A stretch of 64,000 nt of DNA from a virus. A program made the translations under genes and the position numbers. Below, one piece after another: positions 1-9,664 of this stretch. The stretch's first letter is position 1. The number at the start of each line of letters is the position of its first letter. The stretch lies in IMG/VR virus record IMGVR_UViG_3300046616_000188; one strand, written 5' to 3'. The notes under the pieces were generated by a model, which worked only from the letters and a program-made list of their open reading frames with translations, was not told the origin of the DNA and searched no databases.

Positions 1-68
1 AGTTATGAACAACGGTTTCCTAAGAATGTTGAAACAGCGAAAAAATCGAGTTAGCGTTAAATAGGGGC

Positions 69-97
69 TTGACAAAGCGATTTAGTTATGTTAAGCT
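69..97 (+). promoter_or_regulatory. sigma70-type promoter
   Basis: TTGACA-N17-TAAGCT upstream of ORF 131. Confidence 0.7.
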
Positions 98-130
98 GCG
101 TTTTTAATTGAGCTGTTAAGAGTAAATACA

Positions 131-1051
131 ATGACAAGAATTAAGCACGAATTACGCTGTGTCGCGCCGGGATGTGGCAAAGTTTTTCTCGCCTCCAAAC
201 CCAATAAAGAGACGTGTAGCACCACGTGTCACATGCGATTGACACGCTTGAGGACCAAACCTTCAGCCGCTAAAACGAAGTGTCTCCTGCCTCGCTGTGA
301 AGAAATCATCTCTGCCAAGATCAAAAAAGGTAGACCTAAACTTTATTGCTGCGACGACCACATGCGTCGTCATTATTACGATCAGAAATTTGGTATGACC
401 GATAAAGAGAAAATTGCGGTCTGTCCCAATCCCTATTGCGATGTACAGAATTTCGTTAAACATCACGGAAGGCAAATTTATTGCACCGATGATTGCCGAA
501 GGGAACATGCTAAGATCAAGAGACTTCCTGCCGTGACGGAAGAACCGAAAAAGTTGCCTCACTTAATGGCGTGTCATTACTGTGGCACCGAGTATAGATC
601 GGCCCGCACCTCGTCCAAGTTCTGCTCCACCAGTTGCCGTGTCACGTTCTATGTCCAGAACAGGATGGTAGAATGGGTCAATAGAAGGCGGACCTATACC
701 GAAGAAGATTATATGGAAGATGTGCTCGATGGAGAAGTCTATATCGAGTGTGAATTCAATGACGTTGATTTTTCCGGCAAGAGTATGACCAAGGCTAAAT
801 TCATAAATTGCGTCATTAATAATTGCTGCTTCGATAAGACATTCTTTGACGGCGTCGAATTAATCGATACCGATTTCGAAGGCCATAACACCTTTAACGG
901 CGCGATGATTCGCTTCACCAAGTTCCCCGCCCTAATCGAAGAAGTCCTTGACCTACGTGGCGCTATTGTGTCTAAAATGCTGCGCCGCGATCTTCTCGCC
1001 ATGCATCGTGACAAGTTAGAGAACAGAAAGCTAACTCATTATGGATACTAA
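131..1051 (+). CDS. Four Cys-rich Zn-finger-like repeats fused to a C-terminal pentapeptide-repeat domain
   Basis: Repeats Cx2-4C...CSTTC/CCDDH/CTDDC/CSTSC; then FNDVD FSGKS MTKAK FINCV INNCC FDKTF periodicity. Confidence 0.75.
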   Translation: MTRIKHELRCVAPGCGKVFLASKPNKETCSTTCHMRLTRLRTKPSAAKTKCLLPRCEEIISAKIKKGRPKLYCCDDHMRRHYYDQKFGMTDKEKIAVCPNPYCDVQNFVKHHGRQIYCTDDCRREHAKIKRLPAVTEEPKKLPHLMACHYCGTEYRSARTSSKFCSTSCRVTFYVQNRMVEWVNRRRTYTEEDYMEDVLDGEVYIECEFNDVDFSGKSMTKAKFINCVINNCCFDKTFFDGVELIDTDFEGHNTFNGAMIRFTKFPALIEEVLDLRGAIVSKMLRRDLLAMHRDKLENRKLTHYGY

Positions 1052-1625
1052 GTACCAAGTCCTGAGTGGCAATGAATATCTTAAAACGGGGCAGATCGTA
1101 GCCCCGTTCAATATCACTAGCCGTGGCGCTTACATCGATAATTGCGACATCATTGTTACGATGCGCCATTTAAGGCCATTAGGTGAGGGAGATAAGTTAT
1201 GGTCCGTGAGCCAATGTTTGACCGAGTTTTATAAGAATTGGAACCTTGGACCACTTCTAAACTATGCCAAATATAGTACCATAGATGGTGCAGACTTGAC
1301 CGGAACTAGGCAACACGACGTGAGGATGAAAGGTGTAATCTATAATAATTGTAACCTGAATGATGTATCGTTCCACGGCGGAACATTGAACAAAGTCGTG
1401 TTTCTCAACTGCGACATTGATATTCTTGACCTGAGACACGCCGCCCTTATCGATGTCCTGTTCCTACATTGCAACAAGACTTATGGCATTAAATTAGACA
1501 ACGTAAAACCGAGGCGGGTCATCTTTAAAAAGACCAGCCACCCTAAAGATTTAAAAAGTTTAGGTTTTACCATGGTAAAAAATGAGTCACAAGATTATTT
1601 CTGGCTCAAGAAGGAATACCGGTAA
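1041..1625 (+). CDS. Pentapeptide-repeat protein
   Basis: IDGAD LTGTR...YNNCN LNDVS FHGGT LNKVV FLNCD periodicity; overlaps upstream stop. Confidence 0.7.
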   Translation: MDTKYQVLSGNEYLKTGQIVAPFNITSRGAYIDNCDIIVTMRHLRPLGEGDKLWSVSQCLTEFYKNWNLGPLLNYAKYSTIDGADLTGTRQHDVRMKGVIYNNCNLNDVSFHGGTLNKVVFLNCDIDILDLRHAALIDVLFLHCNKTYGIKLDNVKPRRVIFKKTSHPKDLKSLGFTMVKNESQDYFWLKKEYR

Positions 1626-1822
1626 TACCAAAACCCGTTCAGCACAACCACATCACTGATACAGCCGCCCATCTCATCCACCGTTCTATAGAACCGATCT
1701 ATCTCGGCGGCATAGAAGAGTGGATAGGTGCGGCACCAGTTCCGGTTCAAGGTGAGGCTGACACTGACACGACTATTCCTCTCATTGGCTCGAATCAGTG
1801 TGAACCTTGCGCCATGTCTCAT
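1595..1822 (-). CDS. Hypothetical protein
   Basis: ATGA overlap with upstream ORF. Confidence 0.55.
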   Translation of the reverse strand: MRHGARFTLIRANERNSRVSVSLTLNRNWCRTYPLFYAAEIDRFYRTVDEMGGCISDVVVLNGFWYYRYSFLSQK

Positions 1823-2031
1823 GACTTATTTCCTCTGGCATACTCATCCCTTGTGACGCAGCGGGTATACATTCCTGTATTCTTGCCTTGCTCCATCAGT
1901 GTCTTATTCAACTCGGCGCTAAGTGTCAAACACTGCGCCATCGAGTCAAGCTCTACGTGGTGCACCTCGTGGGCCGGGTCCATCCCAAGAAACGAGACGA
2001 AGACGAGATAAGCCCCAATCATGTTAAGCAT
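1819..2031 (-). CDS. Small protein with hydrophobic N-terminus
   Basis: Start trimmed to MLNMIG after AGGAG. Confidence 0.6.
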   Translation of the reverse strand: MLNMIGAYLVFVSFLGMDPAHEVHHVELDSMAQCLTLSAELNKTLMEQGKNTGMYTRCVTRDEYARGNKS

Positions 2032-2035
2032 TGTG

Positions 2036-2371
2036 TTACTCCTTCTCAAACATAAAAACGAGGCGAGGATACGCCTCGTCATGAATATCAGCCGCGATAT
2101 GTTTAAATGTATACCTTGCCCCATCCTTCAAGACCACGACCTTTTTAATAAATTCCATCTCATCCGTATCAATAGATTCCCTATCGACATGGAGATTTAG
2201 GTTGTTATAGTATTGTGTCATATCGTTCAGCCTGAAACGGCCCAAGGCTTCCTCGATATAGAACAAGACAGGCGCGACATATCCCAGCCGATGCTTTTGT
2301 CTGAAGTTCTTTTCCTTATTAGCTTCGTACCATTCCGACGTGACGTGGTCTAAATTGATAACTAGGCTCAT
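2036..2371 (-). CDS. Hypothetical protein
   Basis: GGAGG RBS before MSLVINL. Confidence 0.6.
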   Translation of the reverse strand: MSLVINLDHVTSEWYEANKEKNFRQKHRLGYVAPVLFYIEEALGRFRLNDMTQYYNNLNLHVDRESIDTDEMEFIKKVVVLKDGARYTFKHIAADIHDEAYPRLVFMFEKE

Positions 2372-2544
2372 ATCTATTCCTCCACATATCCATAACGAGA
2401 CATGGTTTGGTCCGTTTCGATCCAAGTAAAGGCATGAACCGATTTGGCGAAGCTGATCGGCACCCTGATCCAGAATATCAAGGCGTAGCGCTTCTCCACC
2501 ATGTAAGTCTCATCACGGCGCATCGTAACTCTGTATCTGCTCAT

Positions 2545-2805
2545 TTACTTAATCCTCCCCGTTGTGAAATACTCCAATTCATTAGCGATTTGCAACAGGT
2601 GAGCCGCGTTATACAACTGCTCCCCACCACTCTGAACATCGTGGTCCGCGACATATCGTAACGCTTCTATCGCCCTGCCGAGACAATCATTGGGCCACTT
2701 AAACGATTCGATATGGCGTGCCGCAGCTTCCAAGCCCTTCTCAATCCCAGCTTCATACGCGGCCCAATCAGACAGACCATGACACGATAACGTCGAATAT
2801 GTCAC
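2545..2805 (-). CDS. Hypothetical protein
   Basis: Co-oriented packed ORF. Confidence 0.6.
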   Translation of the reverse strand: MTYSTLSCHGLSDWAAYEAGIEKGLEAAARHIESFKWPNDCLGRAIEALRYVADHDVQSGGEQLYNAAHLLQIANELEYFTTGRIK

Positions 2806-2844
2806 GTCAAGGTTGCGAATCTATTACCCTGATTGTTTCCAATG

Positions 2845-3048
2845 TCAATCCTCCTTATCTAGCAATGTACCACCTATAGGTGGTTCCGTGTTCCTTATCT
2901 TGAGACAGAGATTGAAACCCTGCCTCGTCAATGTTTCTAGATCGGCGGCGCGGTTCGGATTTCTATCCCCCGCCGCAGCGGCGATTCTGCCGAACAAGCT
3001 CTGACAATCTCCTAGCGCGATAAGGAGTTGCTTCCTAGTGTATTTCAT
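2845..3048 (-). CDS. Hypothetical protein
   Basis: GGAGG RBS before MKYTRK. Confidence 0.6.
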   Translation of the reverse strand: MKYTRKQLLIALGDCQSLFGRIAAAAGDRNPNRAADLETLTRQGFNLCLKIRNTEPPIGGTLLDKED

Positions 3049-3290
3049 CGTGACGGCCTCCACGCCTCAATAGCTTCGCGCCAACGGTTAACCTCATTCA
3101 TAAGGTCAAGCATGGGCGACACGGTAGAGACGATGTCCACGTTAGCGATATGATCGGCAAAGACATGGATGCGAAACGTTGTACCATCTCGGTTCATCAT
3201 GGCCGTGCCATAAAAATTTTTGTGACGGTTCAGATGCTCGAAATACTGATGCACGTTAAGTGAATAAGTCGATCCATTACTGAGAGACAT
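3045..3290 (-). CDS. Hypothetical protein
   Basis: RBS; first gene after promoter 3333-3361. Confidence 0.65.
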   Translation of the reverse strand: MSLSNGSTYSLNVHQYFEHLNRHKNFYGTAMMNRDGTTFRIHVFADHIANVDIVSTVSPMLDLMNEVNRWREAIEAWRPSR

Positions 3291-3332
3291 GACGTTCTCC
3301 TATGTTGAGGAATAATGTTTTTCTATTATCTT

Positions 3333-3361
3333 TTCTTACATCCAAATTAAAACAAAGTCAA
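3333..3361 (-). promoter_or_regulatory. Repeated early-type promoter
   Basis: TTGACT-N13-GATG-TAAGAA. Confidence 0.75.
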
Positions 3362-3363
3362 CA

Positions 3364-3606
3364 TTAAAAACGCTTCATCGCGTAACTAATCATTCCAGCC
3401 ATGGAATGCCTGCCACGGTCATAATCATCTAGTATAGGAATGGTTCTCATCTCATCCATGAGTCTGACCACGTCGGCCCGACTCAGATTATTCTCCTCGA
3501 TAATCTTAATCACACGTTTCGCCGTGACATACTTACCGATATTGAAAGGTTCCGAGGAATATATGCTGCAAACGTCGTCTCTAATTTTTTCAATAATTTT
3601 AATCAC
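3364..3606 (-). CDS. Hypothetical protein
   Basis: GTG start right after upstream stop. Confidence 0.55.
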   Translation of the reverse strand: MIKIIEKIRDDVCSIYSSEPFNIGKYVTAKRVIKIIEENNLSRADVVRLMDEMRTIPILDDYDRGRHSMAGMISYAMKRF

Positions 3607-3607
3607 G

Positions 3608-3811
3608 TCAAACCCCCAAAATTTCTTTACGCGCCGCGAGATAGCCCCCGACATAGCTGGCTCTATACTTCGCGAAAATGATTTGAGCATCATCAGGACC
3701 AGCCAAGTGGACCAAGTCACTTAACATGTCTCCATGTCGTTCCCTTAATTCATCCATCTTAGGCACGAACACTGTGTCAAAGTCACGACCAATTTCTTCC
3801 AACGATTTCAT
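3608..3811 (-). CDS. Hypothetical protein
   Basis: Start trimmed to MKSLEE. Confidence 0.55.
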   Translation of the reverse strand: MKSLEEIGRDFDTVFVPKMDELRERHGDMLSDLVHLAGPDDAQIIFAKYRASYVGGYLAARKEILGV

Positions 3812-3973
3812 CTCAGCTCTCCCCCGGCAAACGTTGTTCCGCAATCCTAATAATATCTTTGGCATAATCCATGATCCGCACCGCGTCATAGATAATATCC
3901 TGAGCCCAATTACGATCAGACATATTCTCGGCCAAAGCAGCGATGAGGTCAGCCATTGGATCAATCGATTCTC

Positions 3974-4372
3974 TCATACCTTATTACCCTTCTCCACGTT
4001 ACAGGTGAAACACATGGTTTGGTAGTTATCCATATGATTAGCTCCACCCTTCGACTTAGGAATGATATGATCCTTCGTGATCATAACCTCTTCCCCGTCA
4101 CTATTCATGCCGTAAAGATTAAAGTGAAAACCTTTCGACATAGGAGTAATGCTGCCATCCGGCCTGCGTTTCACAGTCCGTTCCATGGCGTAATACAGAC
4201 CAGCCGTGCCACAACTGACGCAGCACCTATTCTTGGCAAAAAGCTTATATCTGTCACTACCAGTTTTCACTGTTGCGCCATCTAGCACAACTTTTTTATC
4301 GGGGTTGTCATAGGCAATCAGTGAAGTGACATGCTCAACACTATATGTCCCGCGCCGTTCATACATTCTCAT
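3974..4372 (-). CDS. HNH endonuclease
   Basis: C..CG plus TKDHIIPKSKGGANHMDNYQTMCFTCNVEKGN. Confidence 0.85.
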   Translation of the reverse strand: MRMYERRGTYSVEHVTSLIAYDNPDKKVVLDGATVKTGSDRYKLFAKNRCCVSCGTAGLYYAMERTVKRRPDGSITPMSKGFHFNLYGMNSDGEEVMITKDHIIPKSKGGANHMDNYQTMCFTCNVEKGNKV

Positions 4373-4667
4373 TCTCAGTAACCTTTACATTATTTAAAAA
4401 TTTGGAAAACATCTCGGTACGAATTTGATCCAAAGGTTTAAAGTTCAAATGATTATAACTAGCAAAAGGATTTTTACCAATCTCCGCAAGGCTGAGATAG
4501 ATATGACCCATATGCACCCCACCAGTACCCGGATTGATCGCATTAATGGTGTAGATTTTATTTATTACCGGAACGTCAGCACCAGTCTTCCTAGCTATAT
4601 CATATGTCTCTTCGTCAAAATGTTTGACATATACCACTTTCTGACCCACCACAAATTTACAATCCAT
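4359..4667 (-). CDS. Phage protein, paralog of 7206-7517
   Basis: F.VGQKVV...P.INKIYTI...L.EI...FKPL pattern. Confidence 0.7.
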   Translation of the reverse strand: MDCKFVVGQKVVYVKHFDEETYDIARKTGADVPVINKIYTINAINPGTGGVHMGHIYLSLAEIGKNPFASYNHLNFKPLDQIRTEMFSKFLNNVKVTENENV

Positions 4668-4672
4668 GACAC

Positions 4673-4849
4673 TTAATCCTCTATCTTAACCGTGACAGCT
4701 TTTTCTGTAGCGCTGTAGAACCTAATCCCGCCGATATCAATCAGGCCATCGATCAGATTATCAACGACTGTAACAGCCATTTCCCTCGTGTCACAAACTT
4801 CGTGACACATCGCGCCGCTGCTTTCACGCCACGTAACGATGTAAACCAT
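4673..4849 (-). CDS. Hypothetical protein
   Basis: Start trimmed to MVYIVTW after GGAAG. Confidence 0.55.
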   Translation of the reverse strand: MVYIVTWRESSGAMCHEVCDTREMAVTVVDNLIDGLIDIGGIRFYSATEKAVTVKIED

Positions 4850-4850
4850 A

Positions 4851-5093
4851 CTACTTCCGCCTCCCGTCAAAACCCATTTCCTGAGCCCAACGAACCACGA
4901 CGTAATGAAATCCGCGATGCAGGCTGTCAACAGCTGGTTGCATATTAGCCTTCTCCTTATCAGAGAGGTCGCGCCACGCATCATCGAAGTGCCTCGACGG
5001 GTCACAAACGTTTTGGTTCCGAAGATTGTGAAGGTCCAACTTGTCAAGCAGGGATTGGTACTCAGCCTCAGTGATTACGTATTGTCTCGCCAT
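4851..5093 (-). CDS. Hypothetical protein
   Basis: RBS, packed. Confidence 0.65.
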   Translation of the reverse strand: MARQYVITEAEYQSLLDKLDLHNLRNQNVCDPSRHFDDAWRDLSDKEKANMQPAVDSLHRGFHYVVVRWAQEMGFDGRRK

Positions 5094-5097
5094 TACA

Positions 5098-5469
5098 TTA
5101 CTTCTCCCAATACGGCTTCAGCAGATTACCGGCACTATCCAGAACGTCACGAAGATCATAGAGCTTGTCAATAATCGGCTGAGCCTCTTCTTTCATCCTA
5201 ATTTCGAGTCGGCGCTGCACCTCGGCCTCAATGTCTTTATAATTTTCTCTGATCTCACTCTCAAGACTTTTATAAACATCCTGAAAATAATTTTCAACAA
5301 TGTCGAACCGAAGCTCTACCCCGTTAACAGTCACTTTAGCAGTGAGGCTTTTGTTATTTACCCAATCAGGAGTATTGCCGATAGCTTCAGCCGCGTCATT
5401 GTCACACAGCATCCAATGGTTAATGATCTTATCCCGATCATCAAGGCTAAATTTAAGCTCTTTCGCCAT
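5098..5469 (-). CDS. Hypothetical protein with coiled-coil C-terminus
   Basis: GGGAG RBS before MAKELK. Confidence 0.65.
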   Translation of the reverse strand: MAKELKFSLDDRDKIINHWMLCDNDAAEAIGNTPDWVNNKSLTAKVTVNGVELRFDIVENYFQDVYKSLESEIRENYKDIEAEVQRRLEIRMKEEAQPIIDKLYDLRDVLDSAGNLLKPYWEK

Positions 5470-5510
5470 GTTACTTCTCTCCCGTACTGTACGATGTTTC
5501 ATTGAAGAAC

Positions 5511-5539
5511 TTTGTACAACCTAAATCACTTAGTGTCAA
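5511..5539 (-). promoter_or_regulatory. sigma70-type promoter
   Basis: TTGACA-N17-TACAAA; AAGTGATT in spacer. Confidence 0.65.
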
Positions 5540-5742
5540 TCACTATCTGTTTCGATCCAATGCGTAGCCTCGCCATAAATCGAATTCATCGTTTCGCATT
5601 GCTTCTCGGCCCACGCCTCCCGATCCACAGTGGCATGAAATTCATAGTTGACGATTTCCTGCCTCCCTGACGGGAGAGTATATCGCCCCGCCATCACAGG
5701 AATATCGCCCCAGCACAGATAATATTTGATGTTGAAGTTCAA
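5536..5742 (-). CDS. Hypothetical protein
   Basis: Start overlaps upstream stop. Confidence 0.6.
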   Translation of the reverse strand: MNFNIKYYLCWGDIPVMAGRYTLPSGRQEIVNYEFHATVDREAWAEKQCETMNSIYGEATHWIETDSD

Positions 5743-6143
5743 TGTTTCATCCCCGCTTCTAACTCATCCGCCAGCGGTTGGAGCACTTTGTCCCAAATCT
5801 CTTCACCAATCTTATTGGCGATATAATCCGACACAACGTCATGGCCATCATTGCCATAGATCATGCGGAACCAGCACACATATTGATTCTTATCGTTCAT
5901 GACATAGACCACATCTTCATCCGTGCTAAACATCGCGGCGAGGATAGCTACCTTATCACCAGAGTTATCGATGGCAAGCGCTCCACCATCATCGATGGTA
6001 ACGAGATAGCCGCGATCCAAAATTGCTTGGATCAGCGCGTCAGCCATTTTGCCTTCGACCCGGATACGCTCAGCCGTACCATTATCGCCACGTTTCGTTG
6101 CTTCGCGTGCCGCTTTGTTGAATGGGTTAACTGACTTAGCCAT
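5739..6143 (-). CDS. Hypothetical protein
   Basis: AAGGAG RBS, follows promoter. Confidence 0.7.
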   Translation of the reverse strand: MAKSVNPFNKAAREATKRGDNGTAERIRVEGKMADALIQAILDRGYLVTIDDGGALAIDNSGDKVAILAAMFSTDEDVVYVMNDKNQYVCWFRMIYGNDGHDVVSDYIANKIGEEIWDKVLQPLADELEAGMKH

Positions 6144-6175
6144 GTCGTTCTCCTTTTAATCAGTGACTATATCTT

Positions 6176-6204
6176 TTCTTACATCTGTTTCAAGACAATG
6201 TCAA
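6176..6204 (-). promoter_or_regulatory. Repeated early-type promoter
   Basis: TTGACA-N13-GATG-TAAGAA. Confidence 0.75.
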
Positions 6205-6605
6205 GCCCCACTCCTATCCATTTCTTTCCACCAAAGCGGATAGCCATTATATTCACTCATATCGATTTCAAGAAGATCGATGTACCACGAATAACTGGAC
6301 GAACTGCCAGTGACGCGGCCAAAATCTCTGGTTGAATATCGATTCACGCCCATTTGATCCTCGATAGTCTCATAGATAGTGCCTTCGTTATGAATTTGAA
6401 TTATTGTAACCATGGTCCCGTTAAGGAGTTTATAGCTCTGACCCAACTTGAACGGAGAGGGTAAGAGACAGGCAGAAAGAAAATTACGAAGATCGCTCCT
6501 CGCCTTCTTCACCGTGGCGTGGTTATGATCGAAAAGAGTGTGAAGCTTGACCAAATCATTACTCAATTCAGCAAATCTCGACTTCTGTTCCTCAATGTTT
6601 AGCAC
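6201..6605 (-). CDS. Hypothetical protein
   Basis: TAAGGAG RBS before GTG. Confidence 0.6.
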   Translation of the reverse strand: MLNIEEQKSRFAELSNDLVKLHTLFDHNHATVKKARSDLRNFLSACLLPSPFKLGQSYKLLNGTMVTIIQIHNEGTIYETIEDQMGVNRYSTRDFGRVTGSSSSYSWYIDLLEIDMSEYNGYPLWWKEMDRSGA

Positions 6606-6634
6606 GTTGTTCTCCTTATTGTTAGGAACTATGT

Positions 6635-6841
6635 TTAACAATTCATATCGACTTGAGCCATTTCGGTCATCACTTCGTCCCAGCTTAGAACCGTGTCAAC
6701 GTTCCAGCCCCGAACCACAAAGCCATTGCTAGGCCCAAGTTCAGCGAGCCGCTTCACGTCTTCTTCTGACTTGACCGCGAAGGTAAGTAAATTGGGATAG
6801 CCATCATACATGATTCGAACGGCGTAGAATTTGTCAGTCAT
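6635..6841 (-). CDS. Hypothetical protein
   Basis: Start trimmed to MTDKFY. Confidence 0.6.
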   Translation of the reverse strand: MTDKFYAVRIMYDGYPNLLTFAVKSEEDVKRLAELGPSNGFVVRGWNVDTVLSWDEVMTEMAQVDMNC

Positions 6842-6842
6842 T

Positions 6843-7148
6843 TTACTTTTCCCTTCCAATGTTTGGATGATCCGCGAGCCATTGTGTCCAATGCTCAGGC
6901 TTTTCACTGCTGCGATCCGTGACACGATGGCCCGCCGATTCGTAGGCCCGGTTATAGCCCTTGCTATAGAGCCACGGCTTGCGACGGTTGTAACACGCAT
7001 CGGCGCACATGTCGCACTGCTTGTGATACGCGGAGCGAGGATTGTTATTGGCATAGGCGCTGAGCCAAACCATCTGCTCCGTCTCTTCCACCAATTCATT
7101 GTCCGTCATGGCTTTCAGCTTCGTGGCGTATTCGTTAAAATCGGTCAT
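6843..7148 (-). CDS. Hypothetical protein
   Basis: AGGAGG RBS before MTDFNE. Confidence 0.65.
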   Translation of the reverse strand: MTDFNEYATKLKAMTDNELVEETEQMVWLSAYANNNPRSAYHKQCDMCADACYNRRKPWLYSKGYNRAYESAGHRVTDRSSEKPEHWTQWLADHPNIGREK

Positions 7149-7180
7149 ATCAACCCTCCTTAAAATCACTTGAGGACTTA

Positions 7181-7209
7181 TTCTTACATCCACACCATTT
7201 CGAAGTCAA
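7181..7209 (-). promoter_or_regulatory. Repeated early-type promoter
   Basis: TTGACT-N13-GATG-TAAGAA. Confidence 0.75.
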
Positions 7210-7517
7210 GCATCAAGTGTCACAAATTCTTTCCGAAACTCCGACACGTCCCACTTTTGAAGCGGCTTGAACCTAGAAATACGAAACGCCTGTTCCGATT
7301 CACCCATAACTCTGTATATAATAAGTGGGTTAGTGATTTCCATCAATTTTATACAAGCATGCCAGCCTAGCTCGCCGGTGTACCATTCAAGAATTTCTCT
7401 TACGGTATAGACAATCCCCCTGACGGGGAAGACCACTCCTCTATCCGCAGTCACCAAGGCTCTGCCGCTGTCCCAACCAGAATCATTTATAAGTTTAACG
7501 TGTTGACCTATTTGCAT
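7206..7517 (-). CDS. Phage protein, paralog of 4359-4667
   Basis: IGQHVKLI...FPVRGIVYTVREI...L.EI.NP...RFKPL. Confidence 0.7.
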   Translation of the reverse strand: MQIGQHVKLINDSGWDSGRALVTADRGVVFPVRGIVYTVREILEWYTGELGWHACIKLMEITNPLIIYRVMGESEQAFRISRFKPLQKWDVSEFRKEFVTLDA

Positions 7518-7533
7518 CAGTCATAACCTCCTG

Positions 7534-7722
7534 TCAAGGGATAATAATTTCATCCCTAAGCTCTTCATAGGCCTTTAACGCAGCTTTATAGAGTCGTTCA
7601 CGTTCAGGCCGTGCCGGTGCATCTGTGTCGCACCAAGCCAAGTCATACAAAGTATCATCTACCTCTGACGCGGCTTGATCCAGCCTCTTAATTTTTTCTA
7701 TCAACCCACCTAAAGTGATCAT
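7534..7722 (-). CDS. Hypothetical protein
   Basis: AAGGAG RBS. Confidence 0.6.
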   Translation of the reverse strand: MITLGGLIEKIKRLDQAASEVDDTLYDLAWCDTDAPARPERERLYKAALKAYEELRDEIIIP

Positions 7723-7895
7723 GTCAGTTCTCCTTAACAGGACGTGGAATAATACCCTTTTGGATCAATTTGTTCCACGCCATACGTTCATAGACATAGC
7801 CGATGACGAAGCCGATACTGAACGTGGCGATGAAGAAAATAGTGACAAAAAGAATTTCCACGTCACAACCCCCACTTTTCCATGACACCAATCAT

Positions 7896-8084
7896 TTAAA
7901 TCTCCAATTTCCCCATTGAACTTAAAGAGAAGGCCCACGCCGTAGGTCCCTCCCGCATCTCTTTAAACATTTCCGCCGCGATTCTGTCAATATTATCCGG
8001 TGTCAATGTTTCACCACAATGACAAATAAGGATGTGACGAATCGTAAATTCTTGTGTCGCGGCGCGGTTATTCTGATCAGCCAT
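7896..8084 (-). CDS. Hypothetical protein
   Basis: TAATG coupling. Confidence 0.6.
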   Translation of the reverse strand: MADQNNRAATQEFTIRHILICHCGETLTPDNIDRIAAEMFKEMREGPTAWAFSLSSMGKLEI

Positions 8085-8311
8085 TAATTATCCTCCTCGA
8101 TATTATTTTTATCAAACTTAGGATCGGGACGACGGCCCGGTGCGAATCGTGGATGTGTCACATAATCCGAAACCGGGCCGAAATAGTATTGAGGCACGGC
8201 GTTGTTATAATAGACACGGCTGAGCCAGAAACCCATATAGCGAGTCCCAAGCACCAAACCTTTCCGCCGAAGCCTTTTGCAACTTTTGCAATTGCAGAAC
8301 CTACCACTCAT
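8084..8311 (-). CDS. Basic Cys-rich hypothetical protein
   Basis: FCNCKSC motif; AGGAG RBS. Confidence 0.55.
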   Translation of the reverse strand: MSGRFCNCKSCKRLRRKGLVLGTRYMGFWLSRVYYNNAVPQYYFGPVSDYVTHPRFAPGRRPDPKFDKNNIEEDN

Positions 8312-8329
8312 CAGAAGTTCTCCTACAAA

Positions 8330-8821
8330 TCAATCATAATCGTCATAGTCATCGTCAATATCACTAAACATTTCTGTGAATCTGGCGTGCCACTCCCTAA
8401 CGCTCTGGATATAGCGCTCATCATTCTTCAACTCATCGCTGTAACGCATCGCGATCATCTTGTTAGTGAAAGCGTAATGGCACGCATCGGCTGAGCTTTC
8501 GATGTTATAACTCCCAAGAAGCTCACCCTCTGCATTTTTGCGCCCCGGTCCCGTTCCATCATATTCACTGATAGTATTCGTGACGCAATAAAACTCAGGA
8601 CCGGAACACAGCACGGCGTAGTCGCGGCGAAGAACTTTTGGCTCGCGCAACACGGATTTCGAAGTGATAAGGAAAGAGGAAAGATAACCACTCTGTGTCA
8701 CGGTCCAGATACGAACCGGTTCCATCTTAGCCTCTTCGATGAGATGGATAATTTCGGCCCGATACTTGATTGAACCGGCAGGTGCGGGAGCATCGCTACG
8801 GTCGGCGCGGTACTGAGTCAT
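8330..8821 (-). CDS. Hypothetical protein
   Basis: AAGGAG RBS, follows promoter. Confidence 0.7.
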   Translation of the reverse strand: MTQYRADRSDAPAPAGSIKYRAEIIHLIEEAKMEPVRIWTVTQSGYLSSFLITSKSVLREPKVLRRDYAVLCSGPEFYCVTNTISEYDGTGPGRKNAEGELLGSYNIESSADACHYAFTNKMIAMRYSDELKNDERYIQSVREWHARFTEMFSDIDDDYDDYD

Positions 8822-8857
8822 TTTAAATCTCCTTAATCAGTTGATCTTATGAGTATT

Positions 8858-8886
8858 TTATTACATCTAAAATTGTCACGTGTCAA
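8858..8886 (-). promoter_or_regulatory. Repeated early-type promoter
   Basis: TTGACA-N13-GATG-TAATAA. Confidence 0.75.
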
Positions 8887-9085
8887 TCACTTGTTTCAGA
8901 ATTTAAATCACGGCCCTGAACATAAGCCTCTATAGCTGCATCAACCGCTTTTCTAAGCGCTAAGGCAGAATACCTATAATCAGCTGGAACAGCTGCTTCA
9001 TAAGCTGCTACGGCGGTGTCATGCACCCTCTGGTTACTCTACCGGATCGTTAATTACTCTCTCACTCATTAATTTTCCTCCTAGG

Positions 9086-9271
9086 TCACGACTCAGAATT
9101 TAAATGATAAGCCCTATTGATCAACATCGAAAGCTGAAAAGCGCTTAGACCAAACATGTGAGCAATTTCAGCCTCAGTTCTACCGAGACGGAGCGCCGCT
9201 CTAAAACCTTTCATCCTCGCGTCAAGAAAGTCGGACCACCACGTCATTGATTCTGCTTCTTCACGAGTCAT
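9086..9271 (-). CDS. Small protein, possible HTH
   Basis: GRTEAEIAHMFGLSAFQLSMLI resembles sigma r4/HTH. Confidence 0.45.
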   Translation of the reverse strand: MTREEAESMTWWSDFLDARMKGFRAALRLGRTEAEIAHMFGLSAFQLSMLINRAYHLNSES

Positions 9272-9664
9272 TCTGACACCTCTGCCGTTACGTCTTGACC
9301 AATAACGATATCGCCATAACCGTAGATTGCGCTGGTATGAAGTGTGACCTTCTTCATCATAGGATATCTTTCAACCAGTGAAGCAAGGATCACCTCTTTG
9401 ATTTCCTGAGCCGTTAGTTCAATTTTTAAACGAGCCATTACTGCGCATCCCTCACTTCAACAACGGCGTGCTTGATTTGGACCGCAATCCCTTTGGTCCA
9501 ATCCACCGTAGCACTAGTGTTACACACTAAGCAAATGACATAAATGAAAATTCCGAATCCTAAAACATTTCTAATCATATAAAACTCCTTAAATTATCAC
9601 GAGCCAAAGGACGTAAAGAAAAATCCCTAGTGCTAAAACGCTTCCAAGCATAACAATCCCTTCT

